Made by a program: the position numbers and the translations under genes. From Piromyces finnis finn (Eukaryota > Fungi > Neocallimastigomycota), in assembly GCA_002104945.1 (NCBI GenBank), contig MCFH01000094.1, positions 1 through 64,000 on the forward strand: 64,000 nt of DNA, in the 5' to 3' direction. The first letter of the stretch is position 1. Each line of letters starts with the position of its first letter. Below the pieces are notes generated by a model. It was not told where the DNA came from. It was given only the letters and a program-made list of their open reading frames with translations, and searched no databases. Below, in pieces: positions 26,467-38,950 of this stretch.

Positions 26467-27667
26467 TTAATTTGATTGACTTTTAATAAATTCATGTAAT
26501 TTAGTTTTGAATAATTCGTTATTAATATAGTCATTATCAGACATACATAATGGATTTTTAACTACATATTCAACATAAATATCTCTATAAATCTGATGAA
26601 GCATATCTTGTAGATTTGGAGAACGTGGATCTGTACAAACTACAAATTTTAATCCTGATGCTGTTTCATAATAATGTAACTATATATCATGAATATTTAT
26701 TATATTAAAAAAGAGAGAATTTGTATATATAAAATTTTATTAATAGCTAATAAAAACATTTTATTTCGATATAATAATATTTTTTAAATTATATTAAAAG
26801 TATATTAATTACCTTATATGCATTGGTTTTATATGAAAGAAAACCTCTATCTTCATTTTCTTTATCTTCTTCTTTATCTTTATCAGTTTTTTCTGGAACA
26901 CCACTATTATATTATAAACAAGTAAATTAATTCGTATAAGTGAATTTCTATTTTTCTTAATATATTATATTTATTTCAATATTATTTAAATGCTTACTTA
27001 ACAGTAGATAACTTTCTACAGAGATTTCTTAAAGAATATACAACACCATAAACTAGTTTAGCTTCTTCTTCCCATTTCATTTCATTTCCTTTTGAAGATA
27101 ATGCATTGTCTTCATCTTCTTTGTCATTTTGCCAATTGGCATAATAAATGCATTTACAATGACGATTGAATAAATAAAAATCTACATATTTTTGAAGTAT
27201 GAATAAAATGCATAATTTAACATTTATATACATATATATAATATGATTAAAAGTGAATTTTTAAGTTTAAAATCATTATTAATTATTATTACTGTTATCA
27301 CTTTATTTTATATTTAATATTCTTTTCTGTATATGTTTAATTTCATCAATAACTATCGTTTAAATATAATAAATCTTGTTTTAAAATTTATTAAATGAAA
27401 TGACTGTAATTACTTTTATTTTCATTTAATTTAATTAAGAAGCCTATTGTTTACATCTGTTATTTTTAAACATTTTACTATATTATCTATACATTTTTTT
27501 TTTTTTTTTTAATTTTTCTTTATTTAATACAATAATTTGATAAATAATTTATAAACTTTGTGATAATGATACTACAACAAACAAACAAACAAATAAATAA
27601 ATACATGTATATATAAAATGAATGAAATAATAAAAATAGAATTTAATATTTACTTACTATATATCAT
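26467..27667 (-). CDS. BET5: TRAPP complex subunit Bet5/TRAPPC1, 4 exons
   Basis: Spliced product MIYNFYLFNRHCKCIYYANW...EEAKLVYGVVYSLRNLCRKLS...GFLSYKTNAYKLHYYETASGLKFVVCTDP...IYVEYVVKNPL, the sybindin/longin pattern of TRAPPC1. Confidence 0.9.
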
Positions 27668-28589
27668 CTTTTGAAACTATCTTATATCTATTTTTATTGT
27701 TACTTAAATATTACATTTATATGCAATTATATAAGTAAATTTTATTATAATTATTAATTGATTCATTATGTTGAATATAAAAATACCAAAAGAAATAAAA
27801 GAAATTATATAAAGGAGTTAAAAATTAGAAAATTATATATATAAAAATATAGTTGTTATAAATTATATTAAAAATTATATTTATATATACTAAATAATAA
27901 TTTTACTACATATATATTGAGAAATTAAATAGAATTTATCCGTTTTTACAATTATTAATTTTATTTTGATTCATTTAATACTTTATTGTTTTTTTTTTTT
28001 AATTCTTTTTCTTTTTATTTACCTTTTTATTATTATTATTGTTATTTTAAAAAGATGTATTATAAATATTGTTTACAAATTAAGAAATTAATATTAAAAT
28101 ATTAAAACATAATTTAATAATAAACTATAAATAATTTAAACATAAATATTATTGGTTATTAAAATTTCAATATTTACATATAGAAATATTTATTAATGTG
28201 AATTAAATGAATATGAATAGAAGTAATATAACAAAAAAAAAAAAATTATATTATAGTTAATATTTTTGTATAATATATAATAATGACAATAATATCAATT
28301 ATATATTTTGGAAGTATGGTATGACTTATTTATTTTCTATTAAAAAACATCAGAATTATTATTTTTATTATTTTTTTTTGAATATATAAATATTTTTTTA
28401 ATTAATAATAAAATGAATAAATTATAATAAAAAAAATTTAGAATTTTTAGAATATCTACATTATTTTACAATAAAGGTATATATTTAAAATTAAGTAAAA
28501 ATATTATTAATAAATAATTATAAGTTAATTAAGTATATTAAGTATGAATGAATATAAAAAACTATAATATTAAATTAATATGCTATGCT

Positions 28590-30674
28590 TTATTTAGATG
28601 CTGTATTGGCACCCTTTTTAATTAAGTATTCAACAATTTCAGTATTACAGCTTTGACTTGCATAATGAATTGCTGAATTACCCTTATTATCTTTTTCATT
28701 TATATTTATACCACCTTCAATTATAGTTTTGACGATATTAAAATGGCCATTTTTAGCAGCAAATATTAAAGCATTCCAACCACTGATACTCTTTTCGTGA
28801 ATATTAGCTTTCTTTTCAAGGAAGTATGAAACAAGATCTTTTTCACCTATTTGGGAAGCATACATTAAAACAGTCCAACCATATCTATTTTTAGCATTAA
28901 TATTTGCGCCATGCTCAATAAGACATTTGACTATATCAAAGTATTTTTTCTCAAATGCAGTTATTAATACTGGATTACCATATCTATCTATTTCATCTGG
29001 GTTAGCACCATATTCAATAAGATTAATTGCAATTTCTTTATCGCCATTTTCTAATGCCATTAAAAGTGCAGATTTCCCAAATTTATTTTTAATATTTACA
29101 TTTGCACCAAGACGAATTAAATATTCAGTGGCTTGAAGACATCTTTTTTCCAAAAAGTTGGTTAAAGGGGTATATCCACAATTATCAATTTCATTAATGC
29201 TTGCGCCTTTTTCAATAAGCCATTGGGCTACTTCTAAATTTCCATTTAAAGAAGCTAATAATAAAGCAGACCAGCCCTTATAATTCTTAATATTAACATT
29301 AGCTCCATGATCTAATAAATATTTCACTATAGAATGATTATTACTTAAATAGGCTAACATTAATGCAGTATTGCCTTTCATATTTCTGGAATTCACATCA
29401 GCTCCACGACTAACTAAAGTTTTTATCATTTTTTCATTGCCATATTCAGCTGCATATAAAATTGCGGAGTAATTTTCGTAATTGACTAAATGAATATCAG
29501 CATTCTTTTCAATTAAATAATTAAAAACATTTAAGTTATTACTTTTAATTGCAGTAATTAATGCAGTAGTGCCATTTTTGGTTTTTTCATTAATATTAGC
29601 ACCAGATTCAACAAGGTATTTTACAATATCTAAAGATGATTCTTTATTTTGAATTGCGAAAATTAAAGCAGTAATACCATCTTTACTTTTATCATTAACT
29701 CTTGCTTCAGATTTAATTAAAGATTTTACTATGTCGAGATGATTTGCTTCAGCGGCATACATTAAAGCTGTTTTTCCATGTACATCACGACCATTAATAT
29801 ATAATTCTTTTTTGCTTTTAAGCAAATAGTCAACAATTCTTTTGTAACCTTTTTTAGAGGCCATCATAAGAGCAGAATAATTATACCAATTCTTATCATT
29901 GATATTTGCACCTTTTTCAATTAAAAATTCAACCATAGATAATTGATTCTTTTCAACAGTTTTTAATAAAAGACTATATTTATTACAGCGCTCAAAGATC
30001 TTATCATTTGTGTTATGTGCTAGTAATATCTTTAAAATTCCAAGGTTTCTATTATCAATTGCACTATGAAACATACTACAAGTAATTTTTAATTTTTGTT
30101 TTTCATTAATAAGCATTTTATTAATGGATTGAGTACTTAAACATGTTTTATTTTTTCCTTGTTGAATAAATGACAAAATAAAATCATTATTAAATATTAA
30201 ACTATTAAATATTATTTTAATAAAGTTTTCGTTATTTCCTTCAATGATTTTTTCAATAAAACTCTTTCCTTCAACATTTTTAAATTTAATATTAATATTA
30301 TTTTTTAGAAGAAAAGTTAAAGTTTTACTGTCTAACTTTTCATTATTATAAAGATAAAATAAAATATTTTCACCATTATTATTACAAAAGTTTATATCAG
30401 CCTTATGACGAATTAAAATATTAACCATAGACCAATTTTTATTTTCTATTGCAATAAAAAGAGGAATTTTTCCATTGTCTAGCTCATAGTTTAAATTATC
30501 ATATTCTTTAACAACAAATTCAAAAAAAGGTTTTGAAGCATTCGTTTCAATAATATAAACTAATAAATCATTATTCTTAAATTCTATTTCATTAATATTT
30601 TTTAAATTATTAAACTTTAATAATTTAAGTTGGTTGATATTACTACTATCAATTAAATTCTTTAATCTTTCCAT
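28590..30674 (-). CDS. Ankyrin-repeat protein (694 aa, intronless)
   Basis: More than a dozen G.T/SAL..A.......IV..LI..GA.IN repeats. Confidence 0.95.
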   Translation of the reverse strand: MERLKNLIDSSNINQLKLLKFNNLKNINEIEFKNNDLLVYIIETNASKPFFEFVVKEYDNLNYELDNGKIPLFIAIENKNWSMVNILIRHKADINFCNNNGENILFYLYNNEKLDSKTLTFLLKNNINIKFKNVEGKSFIEKIIEGNNENFIKIIFNSLIFNNDFILSFIQQGKNKTCLSTQSINKMLINEKQKLKITCSMFHSAIDNRNLGILKILLAHNTNDKIFERCNKYSLLLKTVEKNQLSMVEFLIEKGANINDKNWYNYSALMMASKKGYKRIVDYLLKSKKELYINGRDVHGKTALMYAAEANHLDIVKSLIKSEARVNDKSKDGITALIFAIQNKESSLDIVKYLVESGANINEKTKNGTTALITAIKSNNLNVFNYLIEKNADIHLVNYENYSAILYAAEYGNEKMIKTLVSRGADVNSRNMKGNTALMLAYLSNNHSIVKYLLDHGANVNIKNYKGWSALLLASLNGNLEVAQWLIEKGASINEIDNCGYTPLTNFLEKRCLQATEYLIRLGANVNIKNKFGKSALLMALENGDKEIAINLIEYGANPDEIDRYGNPVLITAFEKKYFDIVKCLIEHGANINAKNRYGWTVLMYASQIGEKDLVSYFLEKKANIHEKSISGWNALIFAAKNGHFNIVKTIIEGGININEKDNKGNSAIHYASQSCNTEIVEYLIKKGANTASK

Positions 30675-32356
30675 TTTTTTTTAAAAAAAAATATTATTTT
30701 AAATCCAGTTTATATTTAACTTTAACTTTATATTGAAATTTCTACCTTTATTTTATATTAATATATTATTACTAAATATCTGAATATTGATTGCAAAAAA
30801 ACTAATAAGTTATTACTATTTTATTTTTACTTCTTATTTCTTAAATGTCTTTTTCATACTTTTTAAATTTATTATTATTATTAAAGTTATTATTAATTAT
30901 ATTAATATATATGTAATTATTATTATAGGTAAAATATTTTATCATCGTTTTTCAAATATATTTCTTTGTTTTTTTTTTTTTAATCTTATTTTAAAATTAT
31001 TAATAAAATAAAAAATGTTCTTTACTATTTTATAATGATATTATATATAAAAAAAATTAATATTTTCTATGTTTTCTTTTTTCTACTATTTCTAGAATTT
31101 TTATTTTTTATTTTACTTTATTTTTTTTTTTATTATTATTTACTTTTTTTCTTTTTAATATCTAAAATGAAAATTTACAAACTTTTATATAAAAAAATTT
31201 TTTTTAATCCTTTTAAATAATTATAAAATGTCAATATGTACTAAAACGTGGTAAACTAATAATTATTACTCTTTTTAAGTGATTTTTATTAATTTATATA
31301 AAATTTTCAGTTTAATTTTATTCAAACTGTCATATATTATAATATATTGTATACCTATTATGTTCAATTTAATTGTTATATAAAAAAAAGTGAAAAAAAG
31401 GGAAAAAAATTATACTTTTATATTTTTTTTAACATAATAAAATTAATCATGAATTAGTTATAAAAACTCTAATATATAACAATATATTTATAATATGAAA
31501 TTTTAAGTCATTTGCAAAGTTTAAAAACAAAATACTAAAATAGTAGTTTTTAATTATATTGTAATATATTAATTTGTTTAAAATACATCATTACAATATA
31601 TAGTATATTAAATATATACTTAATTATTTAAATGAGAAAAAAAAGCTTATAATTTAAATGATAATTTTATTAATTAAATAATATTCACTTTAACATAAAT
31701 TAATGAAAATATAAATAAAATATAATAATGTTCATATTATAATATTAGATATAATTAGATATATAATTATAGTCATGTGGTCTATTAATGAAAACCATTC
31801 TTCAATATTTATGGTCTAGTAAATTATGAATATCAACTAATAAACATTTAATTTTTATCCAATAAAATTTAGGCTATATTAAAACCTTGAGTATTATCCA
31901 TCCAATAGAATGTTAATAAAATTGGAAACTTTTTAAGATTTAATTATAAAAGTATAAACTATTATATATTAAAAATGATTTGATAATTCACCAACCATAT
32001 AAATTATAAAATACTCTGCTATTATTAAAAAAAATATATGTCTTTTACTTAAGTATTTATTTAGTAAAATATTTTAATAACTCCTACAGAAAACAGATAA
32101 ACCATTTAAATTATTTATAAGTTCTCATAATTTTTGACTAGTTTCTAGTAATATGATAATACAATATATTATAACATATCGCCATATTTCACATATTTGA
32201 AAATAATAAAATTTATATTACTTTTATATTAAATAAAAATATATAAAAAAAGAAGGTTATTGGATAAAAATAACAGAATTATAGTGAAAATGGTGTAATA
32301 ATTCATTAATAAAATTATAGACTATTTGTTAAATACTATTTGATACCAATTTTAAT

Positions 32357-32684
32357 TTTTTTTTTTTTTTTTTTTTTTAGACTACCATATATCCTTAAAC
32401 AGTATGACAGACCAGGAGGGTCACAACCACCTAGCAATAGGAATGAGCCAACGTTTCTATAAGAACCACCATTGGAGCTAACTCTGATCGATGGGAAAAA
32501 TGCACTCGGAAGTTAAAAAAAAAAAAAAAAACCATATATCCTCATCTAACCCCCCTGAGTTATATATGGTATGTGATTGTACATTATTGTACATTGCCAT
32601 ATCAGAACGACGTCGGCACAATCATCCCTCTGGGCAGGGCTAATATGGAATGGCTTATTGCTCTTAACGATCCTATCACACAAA
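32357..32684 (-). mobile_element. Short poly(A)-tailed retroposon (SINE or 5'-truncated LINE), interrupted by a second retroposon
   Basis: 15-bp TSD GATACCAATTTTAAT at 32342-32356 and 32685-32699; poly(T) run to 32378 on + strand; GC-richer body. Confidence 0.85.
32396..32530 (+). mobile_element. 5'-truncated copy of the SINE-like family 3' end
   Basis: 12-bp TSD ACCATATATCCT at 32384-32395 and 32531-32542; poly(A) tail; nearly identical to the reverse complement of about 37461-37585. Confidence 0.9.
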
Positions 32685-33481
32685 GATACCAATTTTAATA
32701 ATTATGATCAACTTCACAATTTACTATAGTTTTTATTATTTTAATTAATAGTTATCAACTATGTTACTTTATAATTTAAATATATTAATTAATTATATTA
32801 ATTACATTTTAGTACATTTACATAAAGTATATTATATACTATTACTACATGTATTTTATATCATTGTAAGCCACATATATTTAGTTTATATTTTATTTCT
32901 AACATCATTTATATATATATTGTAAATAATAAAACATTTTAAATATTTATTAAAATATATTTAAAAATGTGTTATTGCGTTATTATATATTATTAATTTA
33001 CTTATATTAAAGTTTTAGATAAAAATTAATTATTCTTTTAAATAAATTTTTACAATTTTTTTATATTATTAAAATAAAAAATAATATATTATAATAAAGA
33101 ATTACATATATAAGTCTTAATTTATATTTATAAATATAAATATAGGCACTCAAAATTAATATTTTACTATTATCTTATTATAAAATAATCATTATAAAAT
33201 ATAATTTCATTTTATACATCCAACATATTTTTTAAAGATTTTAAAGCTTCAATTAATTAAATAAAAATAAAATTATTAAACTAGTAATTCTAAACATTGA
33301 TTTAATTAATGTTAAGCATATCAACAGGTCAATCGTTTATATAAATATTTTAGTGTTTAATTTTATTATATTTTTATATACTTTTTTTTTGTTAGTATGA
33401 TACTATATATAATTATTCCCGCTCATGATAGTGTATCTTATGATTCAAAATGGATTATAGTTCCATGGGTTGAAATTCAAG

Positions 33482-33599
33482 CTTTAATTCAAAATCTGAT
33501 ATTCAATTGTTTTTTTTTTTTATAATTGCTCTTTAATAGTTAAAGCTTAAATTATAAAAAAAAAAAAAAAACAATTGAATATCAGATTTTGAATTAAAG
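33482..33599. repeat. Long inverted repeat (foldback), arms 46 and 50 bp
   Basis: 33482-33527 is the reverse complement of 33550-33599 except for homopolymer length (T12 vs A16); the spacer has an inner CTTTAA/TTAAAG repeat. Confidence 0.9.
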
Positions 33600-34613
33600 A
33601 ACTTTAATGAATTATATCTTATACAAAATTACAAAATAGATATATATAATATAATGATAAAAATTAAATATCATTTTCAATAATAACTATATAGGCTTTA
33701 CTTTCAATCACAATTTTTATAAACATTTTTTTTTATTTGAGTTTAGTTTTTAACGAAATTATAAATATGAATTATGAATTTAATAAATTTTATTTATATA
33801 TTTATTACAAATGAAAAATATCATAATAAAAGTTAATAAACACAAAACATTCAATATATAATATATTTATTTATATAAATTTTTAATAATAATGACAAAT
33901 TATTAATTATTAATAAAAATAAAAATTATTTAATTATTAAATTTATTTCATACTAATATTTATTTTAGGTTTTTTATAGTATTTTTTATAAAACTATATT
34001 TAGTTATTAACTCGAATAGAGAAGTGATAACTAACTTAACTTATTTTATAATTAACTAATATTATAGTAAACCTTTTACAATTTTAATGCTTTATTGTTG
34101 ATTATTTTGTTAGTCTAGTTCTAGTTTTATTAAAACGTTCTAAAAAATTTATTTTTTTTAAAATAATTATTGTTTAATAACAATTATTTATAATATTTTA
34201 TTTAATATTATATTATATTATATTTAAAAGAAATAAATTTATTATTATAAATAATTATTTTTTTTAACATTTTATTATATAAAATTATTTTTTCTAAATT
34301 TCAAAATTCATAATTAATAATATACAAATTCATATTTATGAAATAAATTTAATTAATAGATAATTTTATTAAATTTATTTCACAAGATTAACAAAGAGAA
34401 AAAGTTGCATTATAAATATTACAGTTACATAATGTGATGTGATATAAAAATAATATGTGACTTGAATATTATTATATTAGTAAATTTTTTCTAATATTAA
34501 ATTTATAGTTTTATTATAATATTAATTATTTCTTCAAGGTATAAGAATATAAATGTATGACAAATGTAAAAACATGTAATGTAAAAGAGTTATCTAGATG
34601 TATAATCCATATG

Positions 34614-34651
34614 ATTCCAGACTTATAATTGTCCAATTATAAGTCTGGAAT
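34614..34651. repeat. Perfect 18-bp inverted repeat with 2-nt spacer
   Basis: ATTCCAGACTTATAATTG-TC-CAATTATAAGTCTGGAAT. Confidence 0.9.
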
Positions 34652-35626
34652 TATTAAGTAAGCCTCATTAGAATAAATAGACTAGGGAATAATTATTATT
34701 AAGGAGGCTTCTTGTTTTTAGTAAAAGTTTAATGGCTAACAACGACAGAATTAACGTTTTAGACAGAATAGAAATATTGGAATGTAATAAATAAAGTTAA
34801 TAATAAAACATATATTATTTAAAGTTAAATTTTTTCTACATAAAATTAACCCGTATCAGATGTGATATGAAATTAATATGTCTAGCTACACATTAGCCAT
34901 ATTTAAAATAATTTTTATTATTTAAAATATTGCTTTTCATATTTAAAAATTTATAATTAATTAATAATTGTTAAATAAAAATCTTGCTATTTTAATGGAA
35001 ATTATTTATAAAATTTATTCAATAAATTTTATGGAATAATTAAATAATAATTAATTTTAAAACATCAAGGTTAAGAAATGAAATTTGGATAAATATTTAA
35101 ATTAATGGATAATTAAATTTAAATATTTTAAATATTCAAATTAAATCTTAAAAAGTTTTTATTTAATTAAAATTAGTTTAATAACTTTAGCGTAGTTTTA
35201 AAATAAGTTTTTTTAATAAGAAATATATTATAAGTAGTATTATTAATATTAAAATAATATATAAATAATACATGGACTGTATTCAATTTGCAGTTTAGTT
35301 TTATTATTTTATTATTTATTTAAATTTGTATTAAATTAGTTTTGTTTATTTTATATTAAATATATGTATAATTGAATGAAAAATATATATAATGAATGTA
35401 AATGATAAAACATATAAATACATGTATTTTTTCCAAATTTTAAATAAACGTAGTTGTTATTGACTATTATATAGTTAATATCCTTTAAAAAGAAATATTA
35501 ATTGAAACTTTTATTTATTAATTTTAGTGTTTAATTTTTTACATTTTTTTTGTATTTTATTGTAAAAATAATAATCTGTTTTAAAATTATTATTTTACAG
35601 TTATTACTATTATTCTTATTATAAGC

Positions 35627-36322
35627 CTATAAGTTGTTTTGCTCAACTTTAGGCTTATTACTGGGCTTGTTGTTCTTTTGCTTTATCTCAGCCCATTTAG
35701 AAGGTCTACATGGGTCTGTGATATCCAACAAGGCCATTATAGTGGTCTGGCGATCTCTCTTGTCGTACTTTTCTATGGTATCATTACGGAAGACTTCTTG
35801 ATGATTGTCGCACTTCAACAGTATTTCACTCAATGTTTCCAACGTACGTTCCTGTTCAGGGATATCATAGAACGCTTCCCTAACAGAAGGCCTGACCTGC
35901 TGTATTAACACTTGTCTCCTGACGTTTTCAGGAAGTCCAAGTGTTTCCGTCAACTCATTGAATTCTTCTAAGTAGTAGTATGCTTTTCCCCACTCGTGTG
36001 TGAGTTTCAGCAACTTAGACTTACAGAGTTCGTAGGGAGACTCTGGTGGAAACTTATCTTGTAGGTGGAGGAATAACGTGTCAGCGTTAGGGTTCCTACG
36101 CTGTAGTGTCCTCTCCCTTAACCTGTACCATCTCAATACCTTTCCACCTAGATGATCCTCAATGAAGCTAACCTTAGCCTTTTCGTCATTATCATAGTCG
36201 TATGGATAACGTTTGAAATGGCGTAAGTACTTTTCTTGAGAACCCTCTAAGTCTATCCCATTATTATCAAACATAGGTATTTTTTCTTCATACCTATGCA
36301 CTCGCCAATCGAATATCTTCAC
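35627..36322 (-). CDS. Isolated Ty3/gypsy-like gag (capsid) ORF, truncated element
   Basis: KIPMFD...FIEDHLGGKVLRWY...YYLEEFNELTETLG matches the retrotransposon gag pattern. No protease/pol follows; the frame is open upstream to about 36409 without an ATG. Confidence 0.7.
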   Translation of the reverse strand: MKIFDWRVHRYEEKIPMFDNNGIDLEGSQEKYLRHFKRYPYDYDNDEKAKVSFIEDHLGGKVLRWYRLRERTLQRRNPNADTLFLHLQDKFPPESPYELCKSKLLKLTHEWGKAYYYLEEFNELTETLGLPENVRRQVLIQQVRPSVREAFYDIPEQERTLETLSEILLKCDNHQEVFRNDTIEKYDKRDRQTTIMALLDITDPCRPSKWAEIKQKNNKPSNKPKVEQNNL

Positions 36323-36771
36323 GTCCCCATCCTCGGAATATTCCGTAGGGTTGGTACTGCTACTTGTTCCAGCACTGTAACAACGCGAGAGACTCAGGTT
36401 ATCACAATACTAATTAACTATTTTTTGTATTAATAGTATATTTTATTAATAATTTGATTATTTAATATTATTAATACAAATTAACCATAACACTAATTCT
36501 AAAGACTAAATATACATGAATTTCATAAATCATTTATATTTACTATTTATAAATATTCTTATTCAATAATTATGAATAAATATCATTCATAACGATTGGT
36601 TACTTCAATTATTTAAATAAAAAAGAAGAAATAGAAAAATATTATGGATTAAATATAGCAATCGCTATATTTAATCCATAATATAGAGAACCCGAAGTCG
36701 AACACATGACAAGTAGTTCAGCGTCCAACAACCTGACGACGAAGCCAGCTTGGGAAACCCCGAAATACAAT

Positions 36772-37450
36772 TGTAAGAAACATATATATAGAATTTATCT
36801 AATTCTATATAATTTATCTATTTTCTTATTTTGTTAAGGATCTAAGATGAATTTAGGTAAGTTAGGTCAGAATGCCCTAACCCTACTTATTAATTTAATA
36901 TAAATTATGTTTTATTATAATACTTTTATTTATTAATAAATTTATTAATACATCTTATTAATCAAATATTTTATTAATTCGCTAAGTAGAGTTATCAACT
37001 TAATGATTTCTCGAAAAGTTCAATTGTTGAATTAAATTCGAGTATTTATAATTTTTAAATCAATTAATAAATAATTAATCTATTTAATAAAGTTACATTA
37101 ATTATAAAATACATGATTTCAATTTTAATATAATTAACTATTCTATAAATTAAAATGTATTAAATATTTATATAATGACTTTAAGCTTATGACTTTTCTT
37201 TATTTAATTGCTTAAGTCATTTCAATCATTTGAGGGAGGAATGACTAACTATTTCATTTATTTAAATTTCCTTCCACATCAAATGAACAAAGAGATATTA
37301 TTTAAACTTTAATAAATATAAAATCTTAATAATTATAATTAATAAATATCTCTAAAAATATTGTTTAATAATGTTTTATAAAATTATTATTCCTAATTAA
37401 TTAAATGAATAAAACATTATTTAAATAAATTATCATGAATCCACTAATAT
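36772..37450 (-). repeat. Probable LTR remnant upstream of the gag ORF
   Basis: Begins TGTAAGAA on + strand and carries a GGTCAGAATG motif also seen near 39241 (reverse) and 53740; right boundary unclear. Confidence 0.35.
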
Positions 37451-37460
37451 TCATGACATA

Positions 37461-38000
37461 TTTTTTTTTTTAACTTCCGAGTGCATTTCTCCCATCGATC
37501 GGAGTTAGCTCCAATGGTGGTTCTTAAACGTTGGCTCATTCCTATTGCTAGGTGGTTGTGACCCTCCTGGTCTGTCATACTGTTTCTTCAGCTTCGACGC
37601 TCACTTAATCCATGTACATTAGATGCATGTCGTTTTACGATATTTCACAACTACAATGCTAAGCCTCTTATAGTCAATTGATCACGTGTCAACCGCCCCC
37701 TAATGTTTACACTTAAATTGATTAAGGAATATTGTGTGTTTTTGGCATAGCCTAAGTCACCACTTATTAAGTTCTAATTTGGAATGTACCATGTACACTA
37801 GACCCTCTCAGGCCGGCTAGACGAGTGTTATTATCATAGTAGTAAATTAGAAAGTTCATTAATATTTACCTGAATATCATAATCCAACCCATGGCAAACC
37901 CAGTGGGAAAATCCACAGGCACTGGCATCTGCGGGGTCGAACCAGAAGCCTTATGTATGCTAAGGAGACGCCTTAACAACCAGAATAAAAACTGGAACGA
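37461..38000 (-). mobile_element. tRNA-derived SINE-like element (about 540 bp)
   Basis: Minus-strand head with A-box-like CTGGTTGTTAAGG (37983-37971), TTAGCAT loop and B box GGTTCGACCCC (37943-37933); unique body; 3' tail shared with 32396-32530; ends GGAAGTT(A)11. No convincing TSD. Confidence 0.75.
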
Positions 38001-38950
38001 CTATTTTCTTATTAATTAATATTTATTATAATATTTATTATTATTTATTGTTTAATACATTTGTCAAGAATAGAAGACGATTAAAAAATAAATTAAATAT
38101 TCAAATAAACAATTTAAAAATCAAATTTATATTTCAAAAATTATAAAACACTTTTAAAAATAATTAAAAAGATCACTTGGAAAAATTTAATATTGAAAAG
38201 GGTTAAGGATCACAAAAATTTAATTTTCAATAAATTAACCCTTGAGAAGAAAATGCACTATACGAAACTAGCGATAACTTCTAAATCTCGCGTCCTATTT
38301 TCATTTTCTAGAGACTTCAAATTAATTTTATTAGAAAGTACTAGTCGAGATCTATATTCTCACAAATTTTCAGCTAATTTAGACCACTAGTTCTTGAGAT
38401 ATAGCTATTTAAAGATTTAATTAGTTCCAATAAATATATAATAATATATATTAAAATGATCAATATTAATTTATATAATTAAAGTCATTATTCAAGTCAT
38501 CCAACTTTCTATAAATAATTCAATTTAAAAATTCACCATTATTATTAAATAAGGTTAGATAATAAATATTCTTGATTACAAACCTAATCAATTATAAAAA
38601 TTAATTAATAATTTTTCAAATAATTTTGATTAATAACCTCAATCATAATCAAACCAAAAAAGCCTTTGGATCAAAAATCATTAGTTATAATTATTAATTA
38701 ATTAATCATGAGAATATATAATTAGTATCAGTAATTGTTATTCTCAATTTATAATATTAAATATTTACAATTTAAAATGGTTAAAACAATACTTTTTATT
38801 TAAAAGTAATTTAAAAGATTAATCTTAAGATCTATCATATGAATTCATATTATTAATATCAATATCAATTATTAATATTTTAATTTAAAATTATTTTATT
38901 TTTATCTCTATTATTAATATCAATATTAATATCAATGTAATTTTATTATA

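Noticed and set aside
32480-32515. Hammerhead ribozyme in the SINE tail (CTGATCGA)
   Set aside because: Does not fit the CUGANGA...GAAA core, and the other copy reads CCGATCGA.
38196-38245. piggyBac-like AGGG/TTAA and TTAA/CCCT termini
   Set aside because: Only 9-bp matches, no partner ends or transposase found; plausible by chance.
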